Positions 63,362-64,000 of a stretch of 64,000 nucleotides of DNA are shown here, one piece after another. Positions within the stretch are counted from its first letter, which is position 1. Every line of letters begins with the position of its first letter. This DNA is from Chiloscyllium plagiosum (lineage: Eukaryota), in contig NC_057717.1 in NCBI RefSeq assembly GCF_004010195.1, positions 103,612,631 to 103,676,630 on the forward strand, given 5' to 3'. The translations under genes were made by a program, and so were the position numbers. The notes under the pieces are model-generated. The model saw only the letters and a list, made by a program, of their open reading frames with translations. It was not told the DNA's origin and made no database searches.

Positions 63362-63893
63362 AGTCGAGAGTGATGCGGTACGGTGGCTCAGTGGTTAGCA
63401 CTGCTGCCTCACAGCACCAGAGACCCGGGTTCAATTCCCACCTCAGGCGACTGACTGTGTGGAGTTTGCACGTTCTCCCCGTGTCTGAGTGGGTTTCCTC
63501 CGGGTGCTCCGGTTTCCTCCCACAGTCCAAAGATGTGCAGGTTAGGTGAATTGGCCATGATAAATTGCCCGTAGTGTTAGGGGCAGGGGTAAGTGTAGGG
63601 GAATGGATCTGGGTGGGTTGTGCTTTGGAGGGTCGGTGTGGACTTGCTGGGCCAAAGGGCATGTTTCCACACTGTAAGTAATCTAAAAAAATCTAAGTGT
63701 GGTGCTGGAAAAGCACAGCAGGGTCAGGCAGCATCCGCGGAGCAGGAGAATCGACGTTTCAGGCATAAGCCCTTCATCAGGAACTGAAACGTCAATCCTC
63801 CTGCTCCTCGGCATGCTGCCTGACCCTGCTGTGCTTTTCCAGCACCACACTCTCGACTCTGGTCTCCCGCCCCTGCAGTGTTCACTTGCTTCC
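63362..63893. mobile_element. Family B inverted-pair insert containing a full HE1-like SINE (about 63373-63695, +)
   Basis: Imperfect TSD ctctggataaacag (63348-63361) and ctctagattaacag (63894-63907); hammerhead motif at 63749-63784(-). Confidence 0.8.
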
Positions 63894-64000
63894 CTCTAGA
63901 TTAACAGTCCAGTGATAATACCGCTAGACCGTCACCTCCCCTTCTTACTGCCTGCTCTCACTTTACAAGTATTGCTGGATTCTTAATGGGTGATATTCTG

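Noticed and set aside
55258..64000. vav1 exon 1 (MELWRQC...RPQMSQ-like)
   Set aside because: No matching reading frame found by eye; it probably lies beyond position 64000.

Overview
Vertebrate genomic DNA, most likely a shark or ray (inferred from the repeat families: HE1/V-SINE-like and DeuSINE-like SINEs, many CR1 LINEs). One protein-coding gene is supported: a VAV-family Rho/Rac GEF, best matching VAV1, on the minus strand. I traced 12 consecutive coding exons with GT-AG boundaries and matching phases. They correspond to human VAV1 exons 2-13 (end of the CH domain, acidic region, DH domain, start of the PH domain). Exon 1 and the 3' half of the gene lie outside the window, and intron 2 is about 38 kb. 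The rest is mostly decayed mobile DNA: CR1 and Rex1/Babar LINEs, tRNA-SINEs, solo LTRs, Penelope-like elements (PLEs) and micro/minisatellites. The most notable non-genic signal is a set of short PLE-derived inserts in 3-4 sequence families. They carry minimal type-I hammerhead ribozyme motifs (CUGANGA-A-stemII-GAA-palindrome-H), often sit as inverted pairs, and several have 12-15 bp target-site duplications. One insert appears to have captured about 250 bp of neighbouring DNA. Hammerheads in PLEs are a known class, so novelty here cannot be established without a database search. Repeat boundaries are approximate. Exon and ribozyme coordinates were counted by hand.
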